From a bacterium (GTDB taxonomy: Bacteria; UBA8248), in contig CBDBZY010000069.1 in assembly GCA_965213685.1 (NCBI GenBank), forward strand, positions 1-14,962: DNA of 14,962 nt. The letters are read 5' to 3'. Numbering within the stretch: position 1 is the first letter of the stretch; each line of letters begins with the position of its first letter. Shown here one piece after another: positions 1 through 8,465 of this stretch. Under the pieces are notes generated by a model. It saw only the letters and a program-made list of their open reading frames with translations. It did not search any database and was not told the DNA's origin. Both the position numbers and the translations under genes were made by a program.

Positions 1-632
1 TCTGGCAAAGAAATTCCCGCTCTCATCGCACGGGACGTCGCGTCCGAATCCGCCTCCCCGGAGAGGGGGCGCCGCGCATCGAACGCTCGCCGTCTGGGCG
101 GTCGCTGCCTCGTTGTTCGTCAACAACATCGTTTTTTATACGAGTCTGGGCTGGCTGCCCACCGTGCTGACGGGAAAGGGCTGGTCGCAGGCGGGCGCCG
201 CTGCTATCGTGTCGAGCGTGCCCTGGCTCGGCATTTTCGCCTCCCTGACGGCGCATAAAACGGCGGCGGCACTCGGCGGCGAGAGGGTGATGGTGCTTTT
301 GTGCGGGTTGCTCACCGCCGCGGCGCTCGCCCTGATGCCGGCGGGAAATGCGTGGGCGTCCGCGCTGGGAACCTCCGTTTTGGGGTTGACCACGAATTAC
401 TGGTTCCTGTTTTGCCTGGCGTATCCCGCGCAACACGTGGAGCGGAACCAGGTCGGGCAGGCGGGAGGCTTGATCATCGGCATGGGCTATCTGGGCGGCT
501 TTGTCGGGCCCTGGGCGATTGGCGCGATACGGGACTGGGCCGGGTCGTTCGCCCCCGGTTTCTACGCACTGGCCGGTTTGTCGATTCTGGGGATACTGGC
601 GGTTCCCTTTTTTTGGAAAGCGCGCCCACTGA
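1..632 (+). CDS. MFS transporter (CynX/NimT-like), C-terminal half, 5'-truncated by the window; apparent frameshift in the T7 run at 608-614
   Basis: Frame of ORF 113 gives about six hydrophobic segments (VFYTSLGWLPTVL...GYLGGFVGPWAIGAIRDWAGSF), typical of MFS TM7-12. As read, it runs on into non-protein-like sequence. Removing one T from 608-614 gives ...PFFGKRAH-TGA(630-632), ending 24 nt before the next ATG. Confidence 0.8.
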
Positions 633-656
633 ACAGGAAGGCGAGAGGCTCGGCAT

Positions 657-1899
657 ATGTCGTCCAGGCGATGGAAGCTCAGGCCCCTGGAGGCCATCCC
701 CACGGATCATGGGGGCCAAAGGGTGCTGATGTTGCGGGATCCGCTTCATATAAGCGACGCGGTTCTTCTCGTGCCCATCTCTTTGGCTCCCGTGCTCGAG
801 CGGTTGGACGGGCGCCACACCCTGGAGGGCGTCCGGGAGCGGTGCGCGTCCCTGCACGGGCTGGAGATATCCGAGGAGACCTGTCGGGAGGTCGTCTCTC
901 GCCTCGAGGAGGCGCGCTTCCTCGAGGGGACGGCTTTTCGGCCTGGAGCGCCTCGATAAAGGACGCCTTCCTGCGCTCCCCCGTGCGCCCGGCTTTTCTG
1001 GCGGGCAGGAGCTACGAGGCGGACCCGGAGCGGTTGCGGTCCCGGATAGACGGGTGTTTTTCACCGCTGCCGACGGTCCCGGCCGGCCATCGGGCCATCC
1101 GGCGGCGTCCGCCCCGTCGCTTCGGGCGGTCATGGCGCCGCACATTGATTTTCATCGCGGGGGCACCACCTTCGCATGGGCGTACAAGGCCGTCGCGGAG
1201 CGCGCGACCGCCGATCTGTTCGTCGTTCTGGGAACGGCCCACGCCCCGACGCGGAGCCTCTATCATCTCACCCGCAAATCGTTTGATACGCCGTTCGGCG
1301 CTCTGGAGACGCACGCCGAGTTTGTGGAGGGGCTCTCGGGCCGGCTCAACGGAAATGCGTTTCAGGAGGAGTTCGCGCATCGCGCGGAGCACGCCATCGA
1401 GTTTCAGGCGGTTTTTCTCCGGTATCTCTTCGCGGGCGTTCGGCCGGTCCGGTTCGTCCCCATCCTCGTGGGTTCGTTCGGAGAGTTTGTCGTGAACGGA
1501 GAATCTCCCCGGGGGGATGAGCGGGTGGAGTCTTTCGTCGCCGCCCTGAGAGAGACGATCTCCGCATACGGGCGAAACGGCGGGGAGGTCTGTCTGATAG
1601 CGAGTGCGGATTTTGCGCATGTCGGCCCCCAGTTCGGGGACGAGCGCCCGGTGGATGCGGCGCGGCTCGGCGAACTCGCGCAAGCGGACGGGCGATCCCT
1701 GAACGCGGCGTGTCGGGGAGATGCGGAGGCGTTCTATTGGAGCGTGGCGGCGGATGGGGACGCGCGAAAGGTGTGCGGGCTTGCGCCCGTCTACACCATG
1801 CTGCGCGTTCTGGGCGCGTGCGAGGGGGAGGTGCTTCGCTACAGCCAGTGGCTGGACCCGCAAGGAACGGTCACTTTCTGCAGCGCCGCCCTGGCGTGA
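657..1899 (+). CDS. amrB: MEMO1-family protein (AmmeMemoRadiSam system protein B), long form with N-terminal extension; two apparent frameshifts
   Basis: Three frames join up: 657-~930 (MSSRRWKLRPLEA...EARFLEG), ~930-1057 (FSAWSASIKDAFLRSPVRPAFLAGRSYEADPERLRSRIDG) and 1057-1899 (APHID, LGTAH, EHAIEFQ, SADFAHVG, VCG Memo motifs). Adding one base at G4 926-929 (or T4 935-938) and one at T5 1057-1061 gives a 414-aa ORF. Confidence 0.85.
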
Positions 1900-1945
1900 T
1901 GGGTCCTGGTTCCGGAGAATTTTCGCATGGGGAGGGGAGGGGACG

Positions 1946-2935
1946 TTGCTTTACTTGAATGAGTCCGACGTGAAACAGCTCGTGCGCATGTCCGATGTCA
2001 TGGACGTGGTGGAGAAGTGCTTCCGCGCCCAGGGGGAGGGGCGGGCGCCGAACCAGCCGAGGAGGCGGGTTTTCGTTCCCAAGGGGACGATGCACGTCAT
2101 GTTTGGCGGCATGGTCGATGAGAGCGAGGGATATTTGGGGCTGAAGGCCTACACCACGTTCCCGGGGATTGGCGTGCGGTTCATTTTCCTGCTCTGGGAC
2201 GCGAACACATCGGAGATGCTGGCGCTCATGGAGGCCAACGTACAAGGGCAGATGCGCACGGGGGCGGCGAGCGGCGTCGCCGCGAAATACATGGCGCGGG
2301 CGGATGCGTCGGTGGCCGGTTTGATCGGGACGGGCTGGCAGGCGCGGGCACAGCTCGAGGCGCTCTGCTGCGCGCGCGACCTCCAGCTGGTGAAAGTGCA
2401 CAGCCGCAGCCCCGAGAAGAGGGAGAAGTTTGTTCGCGCCATGCGGGAGAAAGTGGACGCCGAGCTCGTCGCGGTGGAATCCGCGCGCGAGGCGGTGCGA
2501 GGCTCGCAGATCGTGTGCACCATCACCACGGCGCGCGCGCCTGTTTTTGACGGGAAGGATTTGGAGCCGGGCACGACGGTGATCGCGGCGGGCTCCAACC
2601 GCATCACGAACCGCGAGGTGGACGACGAGACGTTTCGCCGCGCGGCGCGGGGGAGAATCGCGACGGACAACCTGGAGGGGGCGGAGTTCGAGAGCGGAGA
2701 CCTCGCGGGCGCCATACGGGCGAACGTCATCCAGTGGGGGCAGGTGTCGGAAATCGGGCTGATCGCGACGGGCGCCATGCCCGGGCGCGCGTCGGACGAG
2801 GAGGTCAACCTGTTCCTGAGCCAGGGAGTCGCGATAGAGGACGTGGCACTGGGCGCGGAGCTCTACCGGCGCGCCAGGGCCCGGGGCGTGGGCGCGGAAC
2901 TCCCGGTGGCGGGTTTTTTCAAGCGGGCGACCTAG
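1946..2935 (+). CDS. Ornithine cyclodeaminase/mu-crystallin family protein (NAD(P)-dependent imine reductase/alanine dehydrogenase-like)
   Basis: TTG at 1946 after GGAGG-rich RBS. MLYLNESDV start, GLKAY, MRTGAASGVAAKYMA, IGTGWQA Rossmann motif, AAGSN...REVD, FLSQGVAIED; 329 aa. Confidence 0.9.
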   Translation: MLYLNESDVKQLVRMSDVMDVVEKCFRAQGEGRAPNQPRRRVFVPKGTMHVMFGGMVDESEGYLGLKAYTTFPGIGVRFIFLLWDANTSEMLALMEANVQGQMRTGAASGVAAKYMARADASVAGLIGTGWQARAQLEALCCARDLQLVKVHSRSPEKREKFVRAMREKVDAELVAVESAREAVRGSQIVCTITTARAPVFDGKDLEPGTTVIAAGSNRITNREVDDETFRRAARGRIATDNLEGAEFESGDLAGAIRANVIQWGQVSEIGLIATGAMPGRASDEEVNLFLSQGVAIEDVALGAELYRRARARGVGAELPVAGFFKRAT

Positions 2936-2952
2936 GCTTCCGGTGCTGCGGG

Positions 2953-3834
2953 TCAGGCGTCGAGGCCGGCGCTCCTGTCAAAAAACGCGCGCACGGCGTT
3001 TTGATCCACATCGCCGAAGCCCATGGCCGACGCGGCGATGAAGACCTGCCGCGCCATCGCGGCGAAGGGCGTGGGCGTCGTGGCGGCCTCCGCCATCTCG
3101 GAGATGAGGCGCAGGTCCTTTCGCATCAGGTCAACCTTGAAGTAGGGCGTGTAGTCCCTTCTCGCCAGGGCGGGCCCCTTGATGGCGAGAATCTTCGGGA
3201 TCGAGGCCTCCTTGAGGTATTCCATCATCTCCACGGGGTCGAGTCCCGAGCGCTCCCCGAGGGTGAGTCCCTCCGACACCACGGAGAGGAACACGGAGAC
3301 GATCTGGTTGGCCACGAGCTTCATGTGCAGGCCCGCGCCGTTGGGCCCGAAGTGGTGGATGGACTCGGAGACGGCCTCCAGAACGTCGCGGTGCCGGTCG
3401 AGTGCCGCCGCGTCGCCGCCGACCATCACGTTGAGCTCCGCCCTGATGGCGCTGGGGGCGCTCCCGCTCACGGGCGTATCCAGGAATATCGCGCCCTTTT
3501 GCGCCGCCTGCTCCGCGATGGCCTGGCTGCCGCTCGGGGAGATGGTCGAGAAATCGAAGCAGACGACGCCCCTCTTCGCGGTGAGGAGCGCTCCCCTCTC
3601 GCCGAGGTAGGCGTCGGCGACATCCCCGGTTTCGGGCACGGATGAGCAGATGACGTCGGCCGCCGCCGCAGCCTCCGCCGGGGAGTCGAAGGTTCGGGCG
3701 CCCGCCTCCTCCGCCCGCCCGCGCGCTTCCGCCGACGGGTCGAACCCGCGCACCTCGAAGCCCGCTTTGAGAAGGTTGCCGGTCATGGCCCCGCCCATGG
3801 TTCCGAGTCCCAGATACGCGACGATTTTGCCCAA
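2953..3834 (-). CDS. NAD(P)-dependent beta-hydroxyacid dehydrogenase (3-hydroxyisobutyrate dehydrogenase/tartronate semialdehyde reductase family)
   Basis: YLGLGTMGGAM nucleotide motif, DFSTISP, FLDTPVSGS, MVGGD, catalytic Lys in GLHMKLVANQ, LMRKDL. TTG start with AAGGAG upstream. Confidence 0.92.
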   Translation of the reverse strand: MGKIVAYLGLGTMGGAMTGNLLKAGFEVRGFDPSAEARGRAEEAGARTFDSPAEAAAAADVICSSVPETGDVADAYLGERGALLTAKRGVVCFDFSTISPSGSQAIAEQAAQKGAIFLDTPVSGSAPSAIRAELNVMVGGDAAALDRHRDVLEAVSESIHHFGPNGAGLHMKLVANQIVSVFLSVVSEGLTLGERSGLDPVEMMEYLKEASIPKILAIKGPALARRDYTPYFKVDLMRKDLRLISEMAEAATTPTPFAAMARQVFIAASAMGFGDVDQNAVRAFFDRSAGLDA

Positions 3835-3976
3835 TTTCTCTCTCCTTTACGGTTCCGGTGCTCATCTTCCGCCCCTGCCCGCGCGTCGAGGCCAGTCCCC
3901 CGAGCGGCCAGTGCGCTTTTCCGCGACCCGTTGATTCTAGCGCAACTGGGGGGCCGGGGATAATCGCTTGCGGGGC

Positions 3977-4005
3977 TTGCCTTTTTTCGCGGGCTTGGCT
4001 ATGGT
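3977..4005 (+). promoter_or_regulatory. Putative sigma70 promoter for rpmG-rpmB
   Basis: TTGCCT (3977-3982), 17-nt spacer, TATGGT (4000-4005), 58 nt upstream of the rpmG ATG. Confidence 0.55.
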
Positions 4006-4063
4006 TCGCCTTCTGGGATGGGCCGACGCTACCCAAGACGTTGATTTGAGATGAGGTTTCCAG

Positions 4064-4213
4064 ATGCGCGACAACATCCAGCTCGAGTGCACAACCTGCA
4101 AGAAAATGCGCTACACCAGCACCAAGAACAAGCGCAACACCCCGGACCGGCTCGAATTCAAGAAGTATTGCAAATTCTGCCGCAGTCACCAGCCATTTCG
4201 GGAGACCAGATAG
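4064..4213 (+). CDS. rpmG: 50S ribosomal protein L33, zinc-ribbon (C+) type
   Basis: Not in the ORF track. Translated by hand: [49 protein letters not shown] (49 aa), two CxxC pairs. GAGG RBS upstream. Confidence 0.97.
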   Translation: MRDNIQLECTTCKKMRYTSTKNKRNTPDRLEFKKYCKFCRSHQPFRETR

Positions 4214-4474
4214 ATGAAGACCGCACGCAACGTGGTGGCGCGCAGGCGATGCGCCGTCACCGGCAAGAGCGTCATGTACGGGAACAACGTCTCCCACTCG
4301 CACAAGAAGACCCGCAGGCGCTTCGAGGCCAACCTGCACACGAAGCGCTTCTATCTCCCCGAGGAGAAGCGCTGGGTGAAGCTCCTCGTTTCCGCGCGGG
4401 GCCTCAAGATCATCGCCAAGCGCGGGGTCGCCAGGGTCGTCGCCGACATCAGAAAGCGCGGCGAGAAGGTCTAG
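4214..4474 (+). CDS. rpmB: 50S ribosomal protein L28 (long, E. coli-like form); start may be GTG 4235
   Basis: CAVTGK..MYGNNVSHSHKKTRRRFEANLHTKRFY...VKLLVSARGLKII.KRG...IRKRGEKV matches bL28. Confidence 0.96.
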   Translation: MKTARNVVARRRCAVTGKSVMYGNNVSHSHKKTRRRFEANLHTKRFYLPEEKRWVKLLVSARGLKIIAKRGVARVVADIRKRGEKV

Positions 4475-4640
4475 GGCGTTCGCCCCCCTTTCATTCCCTG
4501 CATCAGGCCGTTTTCATCATCCGGGACGCCCGGGGCGGAGTGCGTCCCTGCTGTCCCCGGCCCCAGGGGGGAGCGGGTGCGCACGGATTCTCCGGAGAAG
4601 AAGGGCGCGCGTTTCGGGCGGTATCGGCCCTCATTAGCGA

Positions 4641-5591
4641 TTAGCGGACATGCGAGCTGGAAGGATTCAGCCCCCAGTGGCGGATAAAATCGAAAAACCG
4701 GATCAGCCCACCTGTCCCCAGCAAGGCGTGCCCCAGCAGAAGCCCGATGTGTTTCGCCGTCACGCGGTGCCTGGCGCCATGCCGGATGGATTGCCGGAAC
4801 GATTGGGGGTCGCCCGCCCGCAAGAAATGAAACGCTTGCCGCGCGTAGTGCTCCGACAAAGCGGACCGCATCAGTTTTTTGGGGAGGCGGTACATTTTGT
4901 CGATTCTTTCCACGACGCGAATGGGGGCGAAGATGGAGTCGAGCGAGGCACCACCCTTCGCCAGGTTCAAGGAATGTATCCTGTAGACGCCGCCCACCTC
5001 TCTGATGGGCTCGAATTCAAAATGGTAGGCGATTCTGAGCCACAGGTCGAAATCCTCGGCACAGCGTATCGAAGGGTCGGTGTGGAACGCCCCCACTTTT
5101 TCCAGTGCGGAGCGGCGCACCATCACCATGGACGTGCCGATGAAATTTGCGTGAAGCAGCGCCTCGAATACCTTGCCGGCAGGAATGTTGTCCCGCATGG
5201 TTATCTGGTCGTGCAGGGGGTGATCGCCCATACACTTGTAGTTGGAGGCGACGATGCCGCAATTCGGGTTCGCTCGCATCGCCGACACCTGGTGCTCGAG
5301 CTTGTCGGGGAACCAGGCGTCGTCTGAATCCAAAAAGGCGACAAACTCCCCCCCCGAACGGAGAATCCCGACATTGCGCGCATCTGCGGGCAAGCCGCTG
5401 TTTTCCTGCCAGAAGTAATGCAGCCTTCCGTCGTCCAACGAGTCGACGACGTCTTTTGTGTTGTCGGTGGACCCATCGTCGACGATGTGGACGTCGAAAT
5501 CTTGGAACGTTTGAGCTAGCACCGAGCGAATCGCCTCGCCGATGAGGTCGGCGCGGTTGTGGGTGGGTATCACGACGCTTACAGTGGCCAT
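4641..5591 (-). CDS. Glycosyltransferase family 2 protein
   Basis: VSVVIPTHNR, IVDDGSTD, ARNVG, FLDSDD (DxD) and EDFDLWLR motifs. ATG at 5591 preceded by GAGGA; 316 aa. Confidence 0.93.
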   Translation of the reverse strand: MATVSVVIPTHNRADLIGEAIRSVLAQTFQDFDVHIVDDGSTDNTKDVVDSLDDGRLHYFWQENSGLPADARNVGILRSGGEFVAFLDSDDAWFPDKLEHQVSAMRANPNCGIVASNYKCMGDHPLHDQITMRDNIPAGKVFEALLHANFIGTSMVMVRRSALEKVGAFHTDPSIRCAEDFDLWLRIAYHFEFEPIREVGGVYRIHSLNLAKGGASLDSIFAPIRVVERIDKMYRLPKKLMRSALSEHYARQAFHFLRAGDPQSFRQSIRHGARHRVTAKHIGLLLGHALLGTGGLIRFFDFIRHWGLNPSSSHVR

Positions 5592-5769
5592 CCGTTCCTC
5601 AGCACCCCCCTGAGCGGAAAGGAGCCTTCGCACTCAGCCGGAAAGTCTGCCTGATCTCCTCGCCCCCCATGGGTGATGGGGAGTATAGCCCCTCGCCTTC
5701 AGCTTGGAAATGTCGAAAGGAGAGGCGGAAACATCTCCCGCCTCGTTCCGGGTGCCTTGGGAGCGCGCC

Positions 5770-6480
5770 TCAACCGCGCTTCCATTTGGAGAAGTCGAGC
5801 CACCACGACTCGCGGACGGCGTCCCGGAGCCTGGGCTTCATCGCCGCGCTTCGGGGGGTGCCGTAGGCGGCCTCGGCCCAGGCTTCGGAGGCGGGTATCC
5901 GGGGGTCCTCCAGGTCGTAGAGCGCGAGGATGGGGCGCGCCCTCGTCTTCGTGTCCTGGATTCTCGCCTCCGTCGTCCCGCCGCCGGTGGCGCCCGCGTC
6001 GAACTGGAACACGCGGCCTCGCGTCATCCCCCCCACCGCGTGGAGGCGGGCGAGGTGCTCCTCGCGATACCAGGCCAGGATTTCCTCCTGCTCCTCCTCG
6101 CCGCCCCGGGGGATCGGACTCACCATGTAGATATAGGGGGCGTCATACCGGTGGGCTTCGCCGACGGACTCCCGCAGGCGGAAGACGGCGCGCTCGGCGT
6201 CCTGGATGAAGGCCATGCACTTTCTCGTCCAGGGGGAGGGGTTGTTTCTGGATGCGAGATAGTAGGCGCTCTCGAAGGCCGCGAGGTCGTCCCCCTCGAA
6301 GGTGCACAAAATGTTGTGCCGGGCTGCCGCCTCGGCCGCGTTGTAGCGGTAGGCGACGCGAAAGCCGGGACCGTCCAGCCTGTCCGTGGAATGCTCGCAG
6401 TTGTGCCACCGCCGGAATTCCTCCCTGTGCTCCGGGGCGACGTTTATCCAGATCGCCACAAGCGCCCGGGTCGTCTCCAT
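5770..6480 (-). CDS. Hypothetical protein with two EthD/DUF4286-like dimeric alpha+beta barrel repeats
   Basis: Internal duplication: EEFRRWHNCEHSTDRLDGPGFRVAYRY and EEILAWYREEHLARLHAVGGMTRGRVF. GGGGGAGG RBS; starts 22 nt after the upstream stop. Confidence 0.75.
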   Translation of the reverse strand: METTRALVAIWINVAPEHREEFRRWHNCEHSTDRLDGPGFRVAYRYNAAEAAARHNILCTFEGDDLAAFESAYYLASRNNPSPWTRKCMAFIQDAERAVFRLRESVGEAHRYDAPYIYMVSPIPRGGEEEQEEILAWYREEHLARLHAVGGMTRGRVFQFDAGATGGGTTEARIQDTKTRARPILALYDLEDPRIPASEAWAEAAYGTPRSAAMKPRLRDAVRESWWLDFSKWKRG

Positions 6481-6502
6481 CCTGTCCGGCCTCCCCCGTT
6501 CG

Positions 6503-7933
6503 CTATTCTGAGATGCCCGCCAGTCGCTTCGCGTATTCGACCGCCGCGCCGACCTCGTGCTCGCGCCAGATGGTCATCTTCTCGGCCTCGATGCTGCCCT
6601 CCGCGTGAACCGCCAGCACGGCCTGGTAGCCGGCGAAGTCAGACGCCGTGACCTCCGCGATCAGGTTCATGAGCCGGAGCCTGTCCGCAGCGGAGGCGGC
6701 GGGCGAGGCGCCGAGGTATTTGTCGATCAGCCCGGCGAGCGCGGGGTTTTCCATGTCCTCGGCGCTCGGCCCGGTGACGAGCAGTCCGCCCGCGATGTCC
6801 TGCACCCACCCGAGCGCCTGGTGGTAGCCGGTGGCGAAGTGGAGCTTCGCAATGTTGATGATCTCCGCGTTCGGCACGGCGACCCCCTCGACCATCCGGC
6901 ATTCCCTGGCGGCCTCGCGCGTCATGCCCCGGCAGATTTGCGCGTAGGCGATGAGCTTCGCCAGCTTGTCCCGCACGTGGCCCGCCCGCAGGATGCCATT
7001 GTACTCCGCCATGAGGTGCGAGGCGCCCACGAACAAATCCACAAGCGGCAGCTTGTAGCTCACGGCGGTGAAGCGGTGAAACTCCACGAACGTCTTCGCC
7101 AGCGGCCCGGCCATCTCCACCTCCCCGTTCAGGAACACGCGCTCCCAGGGAACCTTCACGTCCTCGAAGACGGTGAGGGTCTCCATCATCTTGTGCCTGG
7201 TGGAGATGGGGTTTTCAAAGCGGGTTCCCTCCCTGCCCCCGTAGCCGCTGGCCAGCATGGTGAGGCCGGGCGCGTTGGCGGGAACGGCGCAGGCCACCGC
7301 GTAGGCCTCGTCCCCCGCGCCCATGTTCCTCGTCGGCAGCACGATGATCTCGTGCGCGTTGGTGGACACAGAGGTGTGTACCTTCGCCCCGCGCAGGGTG
7401 ATGCCCGCATCGTCCTCGGCGACCACGCGAACGTAATAGTCTGGATGCGCCTGCCCGCCTGGGCCTTTCCCCCTGTCCCCCTTGACGTCCGTCTGGGCGA
7501 CGGCGACGGCCAGGTCGTTGTCCCGGCAGTGTTCATGAAATTTCCGGACGCGGGCGAGGTAGTTCGTGCCCTTGTGTCTGTCGATGTGCGAGGCGAGCAG
7601 GCGGAGGGCGAACAGCGCGTCGCTCCCGATCTCCTTGATGAGAACGACGAGCGTGCCGCCCAGGGCCGTGGCCCGCTCGATGAGGGCGCTTCTCCGGAGG
7701 AGGTCGTCCGCGCTCTCGGGGATATGGTAATAGCGCGAGTAGGGGCCGTCCGGCCCATCCACCAGCGCCAGTTCCCGTTCATTCTCCGCCATCTCGTAGT
7801 CAATGGCGGCGTGCTCGACCGCGATTCCGATGACGGGGTGGGAGGCGACGTCCTCCACCCGCTCGCCCCGGTAGTAGACCGCGCGGCCGTCACGCAGGCT
7901 CTCCTTGTATGCGCTGGGACGCATGAGCGGCAT
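6503..7933 (-). CDS. 4-hydroxybutyryl-CoA dehydratase (AbfD)/4-hydroxyphenylacetate 3-hydroxylase (HpaB) family flavoprotein, lacking Fe-S cysteines
   Basis: YKESLRDGRAVYYRGERVEDVASHP, AQTDVKGDR, LRGAKVHTS, VFEDVKVPWERVFL, FHR, QDIAGGLLVTGPS, AKRLAGI. ATG 7933 with GGAGGGG RBS; 476 aa. Confidence 0.9.
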   Translation of the reverse strand: MPLMRPSAYKESLRDGRAVYYRGERVEDVASHPVIGIAVEHAAIDYEMAENERELALVDGPDGPYSRYYHIPESADDLLRRSALIERATALGGTLVVLIKEIGSDALFALRLLASHIDRHKGTNYLARVRKFHEHCRDNDLAVAVAQTDVKGDRGKGPGGQAHPDYYVRVVAEDDAGITLRGAKVHTSVSTNAHEIIVLPTRNMGAGDEAYAVACAVPANAPGLTMLASGYGGREGTRFENPISTRHKMMETLTVFEDVKVPWERVFLNGEVEMAGPLAKTFVEFHRFTAVSYKLPLVDLFVGASHLMAEYNGILRAGHVRDKLAKLIAYAQICRGMTREAARECRMVEGVAVPNAEIINIAKLHFATGYHQALGWVQDIAGGLLVTGPSAEDMENPALAGLIDKYLGASPAASAADRLRLMNLIAEVTASDFAGYQAVLAVHAEGSIEAEKMTIWREHEVGAAVEYAKRLAGISE

Positions 7934-8010
7934 GGCGTTTTCCCCTCCATCCGGTTTGCTGGTTTGACGCGCGCGCGTCGGGGGCGGGCGGGGCGTCTCC
8001 GGGGGGTTTT

Positions 8011-8268
8011 TTACCCTCCCGCGAGTTCGCCCAGTTTCCCCTCCTTGTCGTAGGCCTGCAGCTGCGGGAAGCCGCCGATCACCTCGTCGTCGATGACGAT
8101 CTGGGGTACGGACTTTCCGCCGGTGCGCGCCATCATGGCCTTCCACTCGGGCGTTCCGCCGAATACCAGATGTTCCGCCCACTCCAGACCGCGTTTTCGC
8201 AACAGGTTCTTCGCCGCGGTGCAAAAGGTGCAGGGCTCGGTGGTATATATCTCGATACGGGCTGCCAT
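8011..8268 (-). CDS. grxC: Dithiol glutaredoxin (GrxC/Grx3-like), CTFC active site
   Basis: IEIYTTEPCTFCTAAKNLL, SVPQIVID, IGGF; 85 aa from ATG 8268 with GGAGGG RBS. Confidence 0.9.
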   Translation of the reverse strand: MAARIEIYTTEPCTFCTAAKNLLRKRGLEWAEHLVFGGTPEWKAMMARTGGKSVPQIVIDDEVIGGFPQLQAYDKEGKLGELAGG

Positions 8269-8465
8269 GTTTCCCTCCATACGTATCCGCGCGTGATTGG
8301 GTCACATGCGGGCTTATGCCTCTCCGGTGAGGCGGGAAGTCGTCCGGAACCCGCAAAATACCAAAATCGGCGGGAGTCGTCATCTGAAGGGGGGCTTGGC
8401 CCGGCCGGAGCTGGTGCTCTCCGCCCGCCCGGGGGAGGAGGGGCGTTGGGGGACGACAAAAATGA

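Noticed and set aside
113-1495. 460-aa ORF that looks like an MFS fused to a long soluble tail
   Set aside because: Explained by the T-run frameshift bypassing TGA 630; the tail is mostly an off-frame reading of the Memo gene.
3835-4063. Possible tRNA or ncRNA upstream of rpmG
   Set aside because: No cloverleaf, T-loop consensus in a proper stem or CCA end; the region is explained as a divergent promoter.
5722-5744. GAGGCGG/CCGCCTC hairpin downstream of the barrel-protein gene
   Set aside because: 9-nt loop and no proper U-tract; not enough to call a terminator.
7966-7979. Perfect palindrome GACGCGCGCGCGTC
   Set aside because: Low-complexity CG alternation in GC-rich DNA; single copy with no supporting context.
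7934-8383. 150-aa N-terminal extension of the AbfD-like ORF
   Set aside because: Overlaps the glutaredoxin in another frame; family similarity and a strong RBS start at ATG 7933.
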